A DNA stretch of 64,000 bases from Acidimicrobiaceae bacterium (GTDB lineage: Bacteria > Actinomycetota > Acidimicrobiia > Acidimicrobiales > Aldehydirespiratoraceae), in contig JAPOUM010000001.1 in NCBI GenBank assembly GCA_026708645.1, forward strand, positions 52,258-116,257, read 5' to 3'. Below are positions 12,905-21,325 of the stretch, one piece after another. Position 1 is the stretch's first letter; each line of letters opens with the position of its first letter. Below the pieces are notes generated by a model. That model saw nothing but the letters and a program-made list of their open reading frames with translations. It ran no database searches and was not told the origin of the DNA. A program made the position numbers and the translations under genes.

Positions 12905-12940
12905 AAGGCCCTGCGGTCAATGCCGCAGGGCCTTCGGCGT
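12905..12940 (+). terminator. rRNA operon intrinsic terminator
   Basis: Perfect 12-bp stem aaggccctgcgg / ccgcagggcctt with loop tcaatg, followed by a T-containing tail (cggcgttt). Confidence 0.8.
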
Positions 12941-13139
12941 TTCCAGCCCCCGGTTGTTCTGTCGTGGTCGTGCCAGGCATCCGGCACGGCGCGAGCCCTG
13001 CCGAGCTTTCGGCATTTCAGTCCTGAGTCGGCCCGGTCAGCTCTCAGTCTGCCAGTCGGCTCTGCCCGCATTCCGCCGCCCGCGGCTGCGGGTTCGCAGC
13101 CGATCCCTCGCCGTCTCGGGGCGCAGTTAGGCTCGAGCC

Positions 13140-13931
13140 GTGTCAAGGAACCGCAGCCGGTCGGGCCGGCCTCAGCTTTGGAGCGGCGCTTCTACGGGCG
13201 CGCGAGTCTCATCGCGACGCCGGGCCTCCAAGGCGAGCGCCGCCGAAGCAGAGGCACAGGCAGAGAAGTCGCCGCGCCGGCGCAAGCCGTTGCCGGCGGC
13301 GCCGCATCCCGCGGCGGCCCCCCAAGACGAACTCAAGCGTGTGCTGGGCACTCAGCAGCGCCGCAGCGCTGTGCGCCGTTTCGACACGGCAGCCAGAGCC
13401 TTCCGGGCTGAGCGCTTCGCCGAGGCTCTGCCGTTGCTGGCCCGGCTGGCCCGTGAAGCCCCGGCAGTGGCCGACGTGCGCGAACTGCACGGCTTGACGC
13501 TGTATCGCCTGGGCCGCTTCCGCCAGGCCATGAACGAACTCGAGCAGTTCCGCGAACTCAGCGGGTCGACCGAGCAGCATCCGGTGCTGGCCGACTGTCA
13601 TCGGGCTCTGGGCCGCTGGGACGACGTGGAGGCGCTGTGGCAGGAGCTCGGCGCGGCTTCGCCTTCGTCCGAGCTTGTCACCGAGGGGCGTCTGGTGCTG
13701 GCCGGCGCCAGAGCCGACCGAGGCGAACTGGCCTCGGCCATCAAGACCCTCGAGCACGGCTGGCGGCCGCCCGAGCAGCCCCGGAGCCATCATCTGCGCC
13801 GGGCTTACGCCTTGGCCGATCTGTATGAACGGGCCGGCAGACCGCCGCGCGCGCGTGAGCTTTTTCGCTGGGTGGAAAGCCACGACCCGTTGCTGGCCGA
13901 CGTGACCCAGCGAGTCCGAGCCCTGAGTTGA
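13140..13931 (+). CDS. TPR-repeat protein with basic N-terminal region
   Basis: Repeated helical A/L/R-rich TPR-like units (e.g. ELHGLTLYRLGRFRQAMNELEQF, LADCHRALGRWDDVEALWQEL, AYALADLYERAGRPPRARELF). Start uncertain. Confidence 0.55.
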   Translation: MSRNRSRSGRPQLWSGASTGARVSSRRRASKASAAEAEAQAEKSPRRRKPLPAAPHPAAAPQDELKRVLGTQQRRSAVRRFDTAARAFRAERFAEALPLLARLAREAPAVADVRELHGLTLYRLGRFRQAMNELEQFRELSGSTEQHPVLADCHRALGRWDDVEALWQELGAASPSSELVTEGRLVLAGARADRGELASAIKTLEHGWRPPEQPRSHHLRRAYALADLYERAGRPPRARELFRWVESHDPLLADVTQRVRALS

Positions 13932-14145
13932 GCCACCCCGGGCCGCTCACATCAGCGTGCTGTGGCACTGAGCGGCCGCCGATCAAGAGGCAAGGGCGGC
14001 GGGGTCCGGGGGTGCGGGGCCGCCGACGCTGAGGGCGAGATCCGCGCGCTGAGCCGGTCGGCGGCGCTACCGTGGCTGCACGCTCAGGCCGTTAACTTTG
14101 CTTTGCGGATCGCAATCATCTCCAGACATCGCTTAGGAGCCATTC

Positions 14146-15195
14146 GTGGACATTCAAAGCTTGCTCGGTGCTGACGCCGAGTCGCTTCTCGAGCACAAGT
14201 GCGGCGCCATCAGCCGTGAATCGTTGACCGTTCCCGGCCCCGACTACCTCGACCGGGTGTTCGCCGACAGCGACCGCTCGCCGCAGGTGCTGCGCAATCT
14301 CGCCGCCATGTTCGACGCCGGGCGGCTCGCGGGCAGCGGTTACCTGTCGATCCTGCCGGTCGATCAAGGCATCGAGCACTCAGCCGCCGCCTCCTTCGCG
14401 CCCAACCCCGACTATTTCGATCCTCTGCGCATCGTGGAACTGGCTGTCGAGGGCGGCTGCAATGCCGTGGCGTCCACCTTCGGTGTGCTCAGTCTGGCGT
14501 CGCGCCGCTACGCGCATCGCATCCCGTTCATCGTCAAGCTCAACCACAACGAACTTTTGAGCTTGCCCGAAGCCTACGACCAGACGCCTTTCGGTTCGGT
14601 CGAGCAGGCCTGGGACCTCGGCGCCGCCGGCGTGGGTGCCACCGTCTATTTCGGTTCGGAGCAGTCGCGTCGTCAGATCACCGAAATCTCGGAGGCTTTC
14701 GCCGCCGCGCACGAGCTGGGCATGTTCTGCGTGCTGTGGTGCTATCTGCGCAACCCGCAGTACAAAGTCGGCGGCGCCGATTATCACGCCGCGGCCGACC
14801 TGACCGGCCAGGCCAATCATCTGGGCGTGACCATCCAAGCCGACGTCATCAAGCAGAAGCTGCCGGTCAACAACGGCGGCTACCGCGCCGTCGGCTTCGG
14901 CAAGACCCACGATCTGGTGTACGACCGGCTCAGCAGCGGCCATCCCATCGACTTGTGCCGCTATCAGGTGGCCAACTGCTACATGGGCCGCATCGGGCTG
15001 ATCAACAGCGGGGGAGCGTCGTCAGGCGCCGGTGACCTGGCCGAGGCGGTTGCCACCGCGGTGATCAACAAGCGAGCCGGCGGCATGGGTCTGATCTCGG
15101 GCCGCAAAGCCTTCCAGCGGCCCCTCGCCGAAGGCGTCGAACTGCTCAACGCCATCCAGGACGTCTACCTGGACGCCTCAGTCACCCTGGCCTGA
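14146..15195 (+). CDS. fbaB: Class I fructose-bisphosphate aldolase (FbaB/DhnA type)
   Basis: Near-colinear similarity to recalled E. coli FbaB ([60 protein letters not shown]). SD taggag precedes GTG 14146. Confidence 0.9.
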   Translation: MDIQSLLGADAESLLEHKCGAISRESLTVPGPDYLDRVFADSDRSPQVLRNLAAMFDAGRLAGSGYLSILPVDQGIEHSAAASFAPNPDYFDPLRIVELAVEGGCNAVASTFGVLSLASRRYAHRIPFIVKLNHNELLSLPEAYDQTPFGSVEQAWDLGAAGVGATVYFGSEQSRRQITEISEAFAAAHELGMFCVLWCYLRNPQYKVGGADYHAAADLTGQANHLGVTIQADVIKQKLPVNNGGYRAVGFGKTHDLVYDRLSSGHPIDLCRYQVANCYMGRIGLINSGGASSGAGDLAEAVATAVINKRAGGMGLISGRKAFQRPLAEGVELLNAIQDVYLDASVTLA

Positions 15196-15270
15196 CCACA
15201 AGATAGGGTGAGGCTCGCGGGCCGGCGGGTCCTGCCGCCTGCGCTGACGCAGAGATGCAAAGGAGCATCA

Positions 15271-17337
15271 GTGACCGACACTGCATCGCGGGCCCACGAG
15301 GCTCAAACGACCGACGGCATCGTGCTGCGTTTCGCCGGGGACTCCGGCGACGGCATGCAGCTCACCGGAGACCGCTTCACCTCGGCGAGCGCCCTGTTCG
15401 GCAACGACTTGGCGACCCTGCCGGAGTTCCCCGCTGAGATCAGGGCCCCGGCGGGCACGCTGGCCGGCGTCTCGTCGTTCCAGGTGCATATCTCCGACCA
15501 TGACATAACCACTCCCGGCGATGCGCCCACAGTGCTGGTGGCCATGAACCCGGCGGCGCTGCAGTCGGATCTGGGCCTGCTCGCCTCCGGCGGCACCGTG
15601 ATCGTCAACTCCGACGCGTTCAACGAGCGCAACCTCGCCAAAGCCGGTTATGACGGCAATCCCCTCGAAGACGGCACTCTTGACGGCTTCACGGTTGTGC
15701 CCGCGCCGATGACCGATCTCACCAAGCGCGCCTGCCAGGAGCTGGGGGTCAAGCCTCGCGACGCGGAACGCTCCAAGAACTTCTTCGCTCTGGGGCTGGT
15801 GTCGTGGCTCTACTCGCGCCCGGTGAAGCCGACCCTCGAATGGATAGAAGACAAATTCGCGGGCCGTGACACTGTGATCGCGGCCAACAAGGCGGCCTTC
15901 TCCGCAGGGCACGCCTTCGGCGAGACCGCAGAACTGGGCGCCAGCAGGCTGATGGTCAACCCGGCGGCGCTGGCGCCGGGAACCTACACCAACATCAACG
16001 GCAACACGGCACTGGCGTGGGGTTTGATCGCGGCTTCGCAACAGGCCGGCATACCGCTGTTTCTGGGGTCGTACCCGATCACTCCGGCCAGTGACATCCT
16101 GCATGAACTGGCCCGCCACAAGAACTTCGGGGTGCGCACCCTGCAAGCCGAAGACGAGATCGCAGCCGTGGGATCGGCTCTGGGCGCGGCCTACGGCGGA
16201 CACATCGGGGTGACCACCACTTCGGGGCCGGGCATGGCTTTGAAGGCTGAGACCGTGGGCTTGGCGGTCAGCCTGGAGCTGCCGCTGGTGGTGGTGGACA
16301 TTCAGCGCGGCGGCCCTTCCACCGGCCTGCCCACCAAGACCGAGGCAGCCGACCTGCTGATGGCCATGCACGGCCGCCACGGCGAGGCGCCGCTGCCGAT
16401 CGTGGCTGCTCAGAGCCCGTCGGACTGCTTCTTCGCGGCGATGGAAGCGGTGAGGATCGCCGTGCAGCATCGCACTCCGGTGGTGCTGCTGTCGGACGGG
16501 TATCTGGCCAACAGCAGCGAGCCGTGGAAGATACCCGACGTGGCCGACCTGCCTTCGATAGAGGTGGAATTCGCATCGTCGCCCAATCATGTCAACGCCG
16601 ACGGCGAAGCGGTGTTCTGGCCGTTCCTGCGCGATGAGCGCCTGGCGCGGCCGTGGGCTGTGCCCGGCACTCCGGATCTGATGCATCGCATCGGTGGCAT
16701 CGAGAAAGAGGACGGCGCCGGCAACATCAGCTACGAGCCCGAGAATCATGAAGCCATGGTGCGGCTGCGCGCCGAGCGCATCGCCTTGATCTCACAGCAC
16801 ATTCCCGCAGCCGAAGTGAGCGGCGATGCGGATGCCGCCGTCGGCGTGGTGAGCTGGGGCTCGACCTGGGGAGCGGTCACCGCGGCCCGTCGCCGTCTCG
16901 AGGCGGCGGGGCACCGGCTTGCTCACATTCATCTGCGCCATCTCAATCCGCTGCCCGCCAACCTCGGCGAGCTGCTCGGCGGCTTCGAGCGTGTCATCGT
17001 GCCCGAGATGAACACCGGACAGCTTTGCCGGATGCTGCGAGCCGAGTATCTGGTCGACGCCAGGGCCGTGACCAAAGTCTCGGGCCAGCCTTTCACCGCC
17101 GCCGAACTGCTGGAGGCGTTCTGGCCTGACATCGCAGCCGCGTCCGGCGGCGACAGCGACAGCGAGCTCGCCGCCATGGCCGGCGGGGGAGGGCCGCCGC
17201 CCGGCGGCATGCCCGGCATGCATGGCGGAGTGCCTGACGGCGTTCGCAACGAATCGCTGAACGACTCGGCGAGCCGAGCGCAGCATGAGCCGCTGAGCGA
17301 GTCTTCGGATGAATCACAGAACGGAGTGCAGCAATGA
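15271..17337 (+). CDS. korA: 2-oxoglutarate:ferredoxin oxidoreductase subunit alpha
   Basis: Motifs FAGDSGDGMQLTG, EFPAEIRAP, GSYPITPASDILHEL. SD aaaggag precedes GTG 15271. Carries an unusual Gly/Pro/Ser/Glu-rich C-terminal tail. Confidence 0.9.
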   Translation: MTDTASRAHEAQTTDGIVLRFAGDSGDGMQLTGDRFTSASALFGNDLATLPEFPAEIRAPAGTLAGVSSFQVHISDHDITTPGDAPTVLVAMNPAALQSDLGLLASGGTVIVNSDAFNERNLAKAGYDGNPLEDGTLDGFTVVPAPMTDLTKRACQELGVKPRDAERSKNFFALGLVSWLYSRPVKPTLEWIEDKFAGRDTVIAANKAAFSAGHAFGETAELGASRLMVNPAALAPGTYTNINGNTALAWGLIAASQQAGIPLFLGSYPITPASDILHELARHKNFGVRTLQAEDEIAAVGSALGAAYGGHIGVTTTSGPGMALKAETVGLAVSLELPLVVVDIQRGGPSTGLPTKTEAADLLMAMHGRHGEAPLPIVAAQSPSDCFFAAMEAVRIAVQHRTPVVLLSDGYLANSSEPWKIPDVADLPSIEVEFASSPNHVNADGEAVFWPFLRDERLARPWAVPGTPDLMHRIGGIEKEDGAGNISYEPENHEAMVRLRAERIALISQHIPAAEVSGDADAAVGVVSWGSTWGAVTAARRRLEAAGHRLAHIHLRHLNPLPANLGELLGGFERVIVPEMNTGQLCRMLRAEYLVDARAVTKVSGQPFTAAELLEAFWPDIAAASGGDSDSELAAMAGGGGPPPGGMPGMHGGVPDGVRNESLNDSASRAQHEPLSESSDESQNGVQQ

Positions 17338-18347
17338 CGGATGCGCCTGCGACCACCCGCCAAGACTGGGCGACAGACCAGGAAGTCCGCTGGTGCCCCG
17401 GCTGCGGCGACTACTCGATACTCACCGCGGTGCAGCTGCTGATGCCCGAACTGGAAGTGCGCCGCGAGGACACCGTGTTCGTTTCGGGCATCGGCTGCGC
17501 AGCGCGCTTCCCCTACTACATGAACACTTACGGACTGCACTCCATCCACGGGCGTTCGCCGGCGATAGCGACCGGCTTGGCCATGGCCCGAGGCGATCTG
17601 CATGTGTGGGTGGTGGGAGGCGACGGCGACATGATGTCGATCGGCGGCAACCATCTGATCCACGCGCTGCGCCGCAACGTCAATCTCAACATTCTGCTGT
17701 TCAACAATCAGATCTACGGGCTGACCAAGGGCCAGTATTCGCCCACCAGCGAGAGGGGCAAGATCACCAAGTCCACGCCGCACGGCTCGGTGGAGCAGCC
17801 CTTCAATGCGGTGTCGCTGGCGTTGGGCGCCGAGGCGTCGTTCGTGGCTCGCACCCACGATATGGACAGGGGCCACATGCAGGAGATGTTCCGCCGGGCG
17901 CATCAGCATCCCGGCGCCGCTCTGGTGGAGGTCTACCAGAACTGCAACGTGTTCAACGACGGCGCTTTCGCGGCGCTCACCAAACGCGACGCCCGCGACT
18001 CGATGCTGATCGACCTGCGCCACGGAGAGCCGGTGCGTTTCGGCGCCGACAAGGAGTTCGGCGTGGTCATCGAGCACGGCCGGGCCCGCACTGTGGCGGT
18101 GGCTGACGCGGGGGTCGACGCGCTGGTGGTGCATGACGAGGCCGACCCGGATCCGTCCGTGGCGTTCGCGTTGAGCCGGCTGGCCGACAGCAACGACGTG
18201 CCCACGCCGATCGGCGTGTTCCGTGCGGTGGACCGCACCGAGTACGGCTCGGCTGTGACTTCTCAGATAGCGGCGTCGCAGTCGCAAGCTGGGCCCGGCG
18301 ACTTGCGGGCGCTGCTGCATTCACGCCCCACCTGGCAAGTCGCCTAG
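17334..18347 (+). CDS. korB: 2-oxoglutarate:ferredoxin oxidoreductase subunit beta (TPP-binding)
   Basis: Motifs WCPGCGDYSIL and GGDGDMMSIGGNHLIHALRRN. ATGA overlap with the korA stop. Confidence 0.92.
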   Translation: MTDAPATTRQDWATDQEVRWCPGCGDYSILTAVQLLMPELEVRREDTVFVSGIGCAARFPYYMNTYGLHSIHGRSPAIATGLAMARGDLHVWVVGGDGDMMSIGGNHLIHALRRNVNLNILLFNNQIYGLTKGQYSPTSERGKITKSTPHGSVEQPFNAVSLALGAEASFVARTHDMDRGHMQEMFRRAHQHPGAALVEVYQNCNVFNDGAFAALTKRDARDSMLIDLRHGEPVRFGADKEFGVVIEHGRARTVAVADAGVDALVVHDEADPDPSVAFALSRLADSNDVPTPIGVFRAVDRTEYGSAVTSQIAASQSQAGPGDLRALLHSRPTWQVA

Positions 18348-18415
18348 CAGCAAGCACCCTGCCCAGAGCCGAGCCTCCATAGGGCGGACATCTTCCCAGC
18401 GCTTGAAGTGCTACC

Positions 18416-18649
18416 ATGAAGACCATGACTGAAGTAGGGGTGCGCGCACTCAAGCAGAACGCATCCGCCGTCGTGGCTAAGGCAGCGGCTGGCGAAGTGA
18501 TCACGATCACCAGCCGGGGGCGACCTGTGGCGTTGTTGACGCCGGTTCCCGAGTCACGCTTGCAGCAACTGCTCGATGCCGGGCTCGTGACAGAGCCTAC
18601 TCGCGATGTCACTGATCTGCCTGATCCGAAAATCGCAGCAGACGCTTGA
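18416..18649 (+). CDS. Phd/YefM-family type II antitoxin, apparently orphan
   Basis: GVRALKQNASAVVAKAAAGEVITITSRGRPVALLTPV is the typical Phd/YefM N-terminal fold. No intact toxin ORF follows. Confidence 0.8.
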   Translation: MKTMTEVGVRALKQNASAVVAKAAAGEVITITSRGRPVALLTPVPESRLQQLLDAGLVTEPTRDVTDLPDPKIAADA

Positions 18650-18743
18650 CTTTGGCAGGTTTGCAGGAGGCGCCGGCGCCTTAGCGGAGCATCGATAAAG
18701 TTGCATCCACCGAAGCTTTGGAGGGTGGCCGCTTTGCCTGCGG

Positions 18744-19049
18744 TCAGTTGCCGGTGGTTTGTTGGCGTTGGTGCTGGTAATGGGCGCGGTCCAGGGCTTC
18801 GGTGTTGGCTGCGGGTTGTCGGCCTGGCGAGTTGGGCGGCTTTGCGGCCGTCGGTGACGGTGTAGGCGACTGGGACGCGTCCCTCGAGGACGGTTTCGAC
18901 GGTAGTGATCGCGGCTTGGACTGCCGCGTCGGTGGCTTTGGGGCGATCATGGTCCACGGGTATGCGCGGGCTGTGGGTCTCATGACCCGGACTGTCTTCT
19001 CTGCACCCTCTGAGAGATCGACCTTCCACGCGAACAAATACATCGTCAC
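18744..19049 (-). pseudogene. Possible decayed transposase (IS481/IS3-type integrase-core C-terminus) remnant
   Basis: Two minus-strand frames carry fragments (…AITTVETVL…, …NTEALDRAHYQHQRQQTTGN*). They faintly resemble GITVERVLTDNG and the YNxxRPH tail of DDE transposases. They are frame-disrupted and there is no intact ORF. Confidence 0.25.
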
Positions 19050-19054
19050 ACTGT

Positions 19055-19423
19055 TCAGCGGATCTGGAGTATGCGTCCGCCCGATCCCCAGGCGGTGTCA
19101 GCCGTCAAGACTGTGGTGTCCAGGCGTTCGGCGAGAGCGAGACACAGCCGGTCGGCCAGCGAAAGGCCTTCCTGTCTCTTCCAGCGGTAGGCGGCCCACT
19201 CGGCGTCGGCTGCGGTTACCGGCTCGATCTTGAGATGATAGCTTGAAAGTAGAGATCTGGCGTAGCTCCAGTTGCCGCCAGCGGCGATCACCTTCTGAGC
19301 TGTCTCGCTCCAGTGGACGGCGCAGCACCTAGCGTCATCGAGCAGAGCCTGCTCCACCAGTTCGGCGCCGGGCTCGCTTTGCAGTCGGGCCAGCAGAGCG
19401 GACGCATCGAGCACGGTGGTCAT
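19055..19423 (-). CDS. vapC: PIN-domain toxin VapC
   Basis: N-terminal VLDASALLA and C-terminal acidic residues (LSLADRLCLALAERLDTTVLTADTAW). 4-bp overlap with the upstream antitoxin gene. Confidence 0.85.
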   Translation of the reverse strand: MTTVLDASALLARLQSEPGAELVEQALLDDARCCAVHWSETAQKVIAAGGNWSYARSLLSSYHLKIEPVTAADAEWAAYRWKRQEGLSLADRLCLALAERLDTTVLTADTAWGSGGRILQIR

Positions 19424-19668
19424 TTGGCGGATTCCTCGAGCGCTGCCGCCTTTCGGCGATCAGCACTCAGATCACCGACGAGGTCGAGCCCTTCGAGATC
19501 TTTGCGGACACGCTCGCTGAGTTGCTCGCGTGTGACTAGCAGCAGCCCTTCGGGTGCCTCGATCAGTACCAGCACCGTGCCCGGCTCAAGGTTGGAACGC
19601 GCCCGTATCTCCGCTGGGATGACCAGCCTACCACGATCTCCCATCACGACTTGATGAGTCCCATTCAC
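19420..19668 (-). CDS. vapB: AbrB/MazE/SpoVT-type antitoxin VapB
   Basis: GRLVIPAEIRARSNLEPGTVLVL is the swapped-hairpin AbrB motif. Overlaps the vapC start. Confidence 0.85.
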   Translation of the reverse strand: MNGTHQVVMGDRGRLVIPAEIRARSNLEPGTVLVLIEAPEGLLLVTREQLSERVRKDLEGLDLVGDLSADRRKAAALEESAK

Positions 19669-19753
19669 ACATCAACCATACCACATTGGTAGTCGAAATG
19701 TCGCAGCACCGTACCGTGATGCAAGCGGAGCCTCTATCTACAACGACAACAGG

Positions 19754-20305
19754 TCAATCGTCGGGTATCCAAGGCTCGAGGTCGATGCCGAGGCCGTCGG
19801 CGATGCGGTTGGCGTAGGCGTAATAGGCCGCCACTTCGACGATGTCGAGGATGTCGCGGTCGCTGAAACCAGCAGCGCGCAGCTCTTCGACGTCGCTGTC
19901 GCACATGTCGCTCGGCGTGCGGGTGAGCTTGACCGCGAAAGCCACCATGGTCCTGCGCTCGGGCGACAGAGGCGCAGTGGTCCAGTCCTGTTCGACGGCA
20001 GCGACCAATGCGTCGTCGTTGCTCAGACGGCGCAGACCGCGCCGATGATGAACGGTTCAATAATGGCAACCGTTCTCGAGGCTGACGACCAGCGCTATCA
20101 GCTCGCGTTCGACCTTGCGCAGCGTGTCTGTGCCGGCCATGGCCGACCGGTAGAGGCCCATGTGAGCCTTCATCGACGCAGGGTTCAGCGAATGAACGGC
20201 CAGCACATGGTCGACGCGTCCGTGGCGCCGATCGACGACCTGTGCATGGAGCTCGCCGAGCTCGTCGTCCCAAGACTCGTCGGGGATGACTTCGATACGC
20301 GCCAT
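19754..20305 (-). CDS. Carboxymuconolactone decarboxylase (CMD)/AhpD-like peroxidase-related protein with in-frame TGA (probable selenocysteine, C-H-Y-U motif)
   Basis: Track ORFs 20057..20305 and 19754..20008 are in the same frame and are separated only by the TGA at 20057..20059. The read-through product is ...LVVSLENGCHY-[TGA]-TVHHRRGLRRLSNDDALVAAVEQDW.... The stop therefore sits exactly where the second Cys of the family CxxC(xxxH) redox motif is expected. A hairpin follows 12 nt downstream. Confidence 0.75.
20028..20044 (-). promoter_or_regulatory. Candidate bacterial SECIS hairpin for the CMD-family gene
   Basis: mRNA sense CGGCGC-GGUCU-GCGCCG (6-bp GC stem, G/U-containing loop), starting 12 nt after the UGA. 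Confidence 0.55.
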
Positions 20306-20451
20306 GAACGCAGATTAGGCGAACGCCGGGTTCAGCGTCCACTGGCGTCTACCTACTGGTGCGGGGCATTTTTGCGTGATGGTGGATGCTGTCACCACGC
20401 CGGATCCACGTCTACCCGGCGTCTACTGCCTACCGCCCGGCGAAGCGGCAT

Positions 20452-21039
20452 CTACCGATCGATCACTTGCCTTAGGTCGGCTAAGCCGCGTGAGATGAGG
20501 CTCTTGACGGTGCCCTGGCGGATTCTCATGGCTTCAGCGATCTCGGCTTGGCTCATGTCCCCGTAGAAGCGCAGCACCAGCGCCGTCCTGCGACGCTCGT
20601 CGAGTTTGCCGAGCGCGTCGATCAGATAGTCGCTCTCGGGGGCCGGGTCGGGTCGTCTGCTGCGGAGGCCGACTCTGCGTCTCACTTCGCGTTTGCGCAG
20701 CTCGCTGCGGGCGCCGTTCACCACCGCGATCCGCAGATAGCCCTTCGGGTCGTCGATGCGGCGCCACCGCTCGTAGACCTTCACGAAAGCCTGCTGAACG
20801 ACTTCCTCGGCTGACTCCACCGTGTCGACCAGAGCTTGGGCCAATCGCACCATCGGACGGTAGTGCAAGGTGTAAAGGGCCTGGAAGTCGTCGCTCACGA
20901 ATGCTGTGAGTCTAGGTGACGCCCGCAGAGCGCCTGGATCGCCCGGACGCACAGACAAGGCGTCGGCAGCGTCGGCAGCGACATCGGTTGCGGGACTGTT
21001 GGCGGCATTGCCATGAGCGTGGAGTCTGGTTGCGGTCAT
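20452..21039 (-). CDS. ECF-type RNA polymerase sigma-70 family factor
   Basis: Region 2 (YRPMVRLAQALV...AEEVVQQAFVKVYERW) and region 4 HTH (LRFYGDMSQAEIAEAMRIRQGTVKSLISRG). Start chosen at MTATRL. The ORF extends to 21228 but that extension is AT-rich and non-coding-like. Confidence 0.8.
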   Translation of the reverse strand: MTATRLHAHGNAANSPATDVAADAADALSVRPGDPGALRASPRLTAFVSDDFQALYTLHYRPMVRLAQALVDTVESAEEVVQQAFVKVYERWRRIDDPKGYLRIAVVNGARSELRKREVRRRVGLRSRRPDPAPESDYLIDALGKLDERRRTALVLRFYGDMSQAEIAEAMRIRQGTVKSLISRGLADLRQVIDR

Positions 21040-21153
21040 CGCTCGGTAAAGACGCCTGAAGGCGCTGAACGGTTCCCAGAAATCCTGCACGCAGGGCGCG
21101 GATGCAGTGGCGCACGCCGTGTCAGCCCGCACCCGCGTTACTTCACGACGAAA

Positions 21154-21166
21154 CACTCTAAGAGTG
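21154..21166. promoter_or_regulatory. Perfect 13-nt palindrome CACTCTAAGAGTG in an AT-rich divergent intergenic region
   Basis: Seen directly. It lies in the unusually AT-rich stretch (about 21150-21235) between the sigma factor gene and the R-M fusion gene. Confidence 0.4.
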
Positions 21167-21325
21167 AGATATGATAGATTGCAGTGATGCTGGACAATAG
21201 TTACAGTGATGATAATAATTGATGACAATAATCACGGCGATGCTGGCTGCGACGCGACGAACGCTCGTCGATCCTTGAGCTGACTGAGGGAGCGCTTCCT
21301 GCCTGCCGAGACTTCCGTCGCTGAG

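Noticed and set aside
18650-18743. Remnant of a VapC/PIN toxin directly after the orphan Phd antitoxin.
   Set aside because: Only very short frames interrupted by stops are present, with no recognisable PIN acidic motifs.
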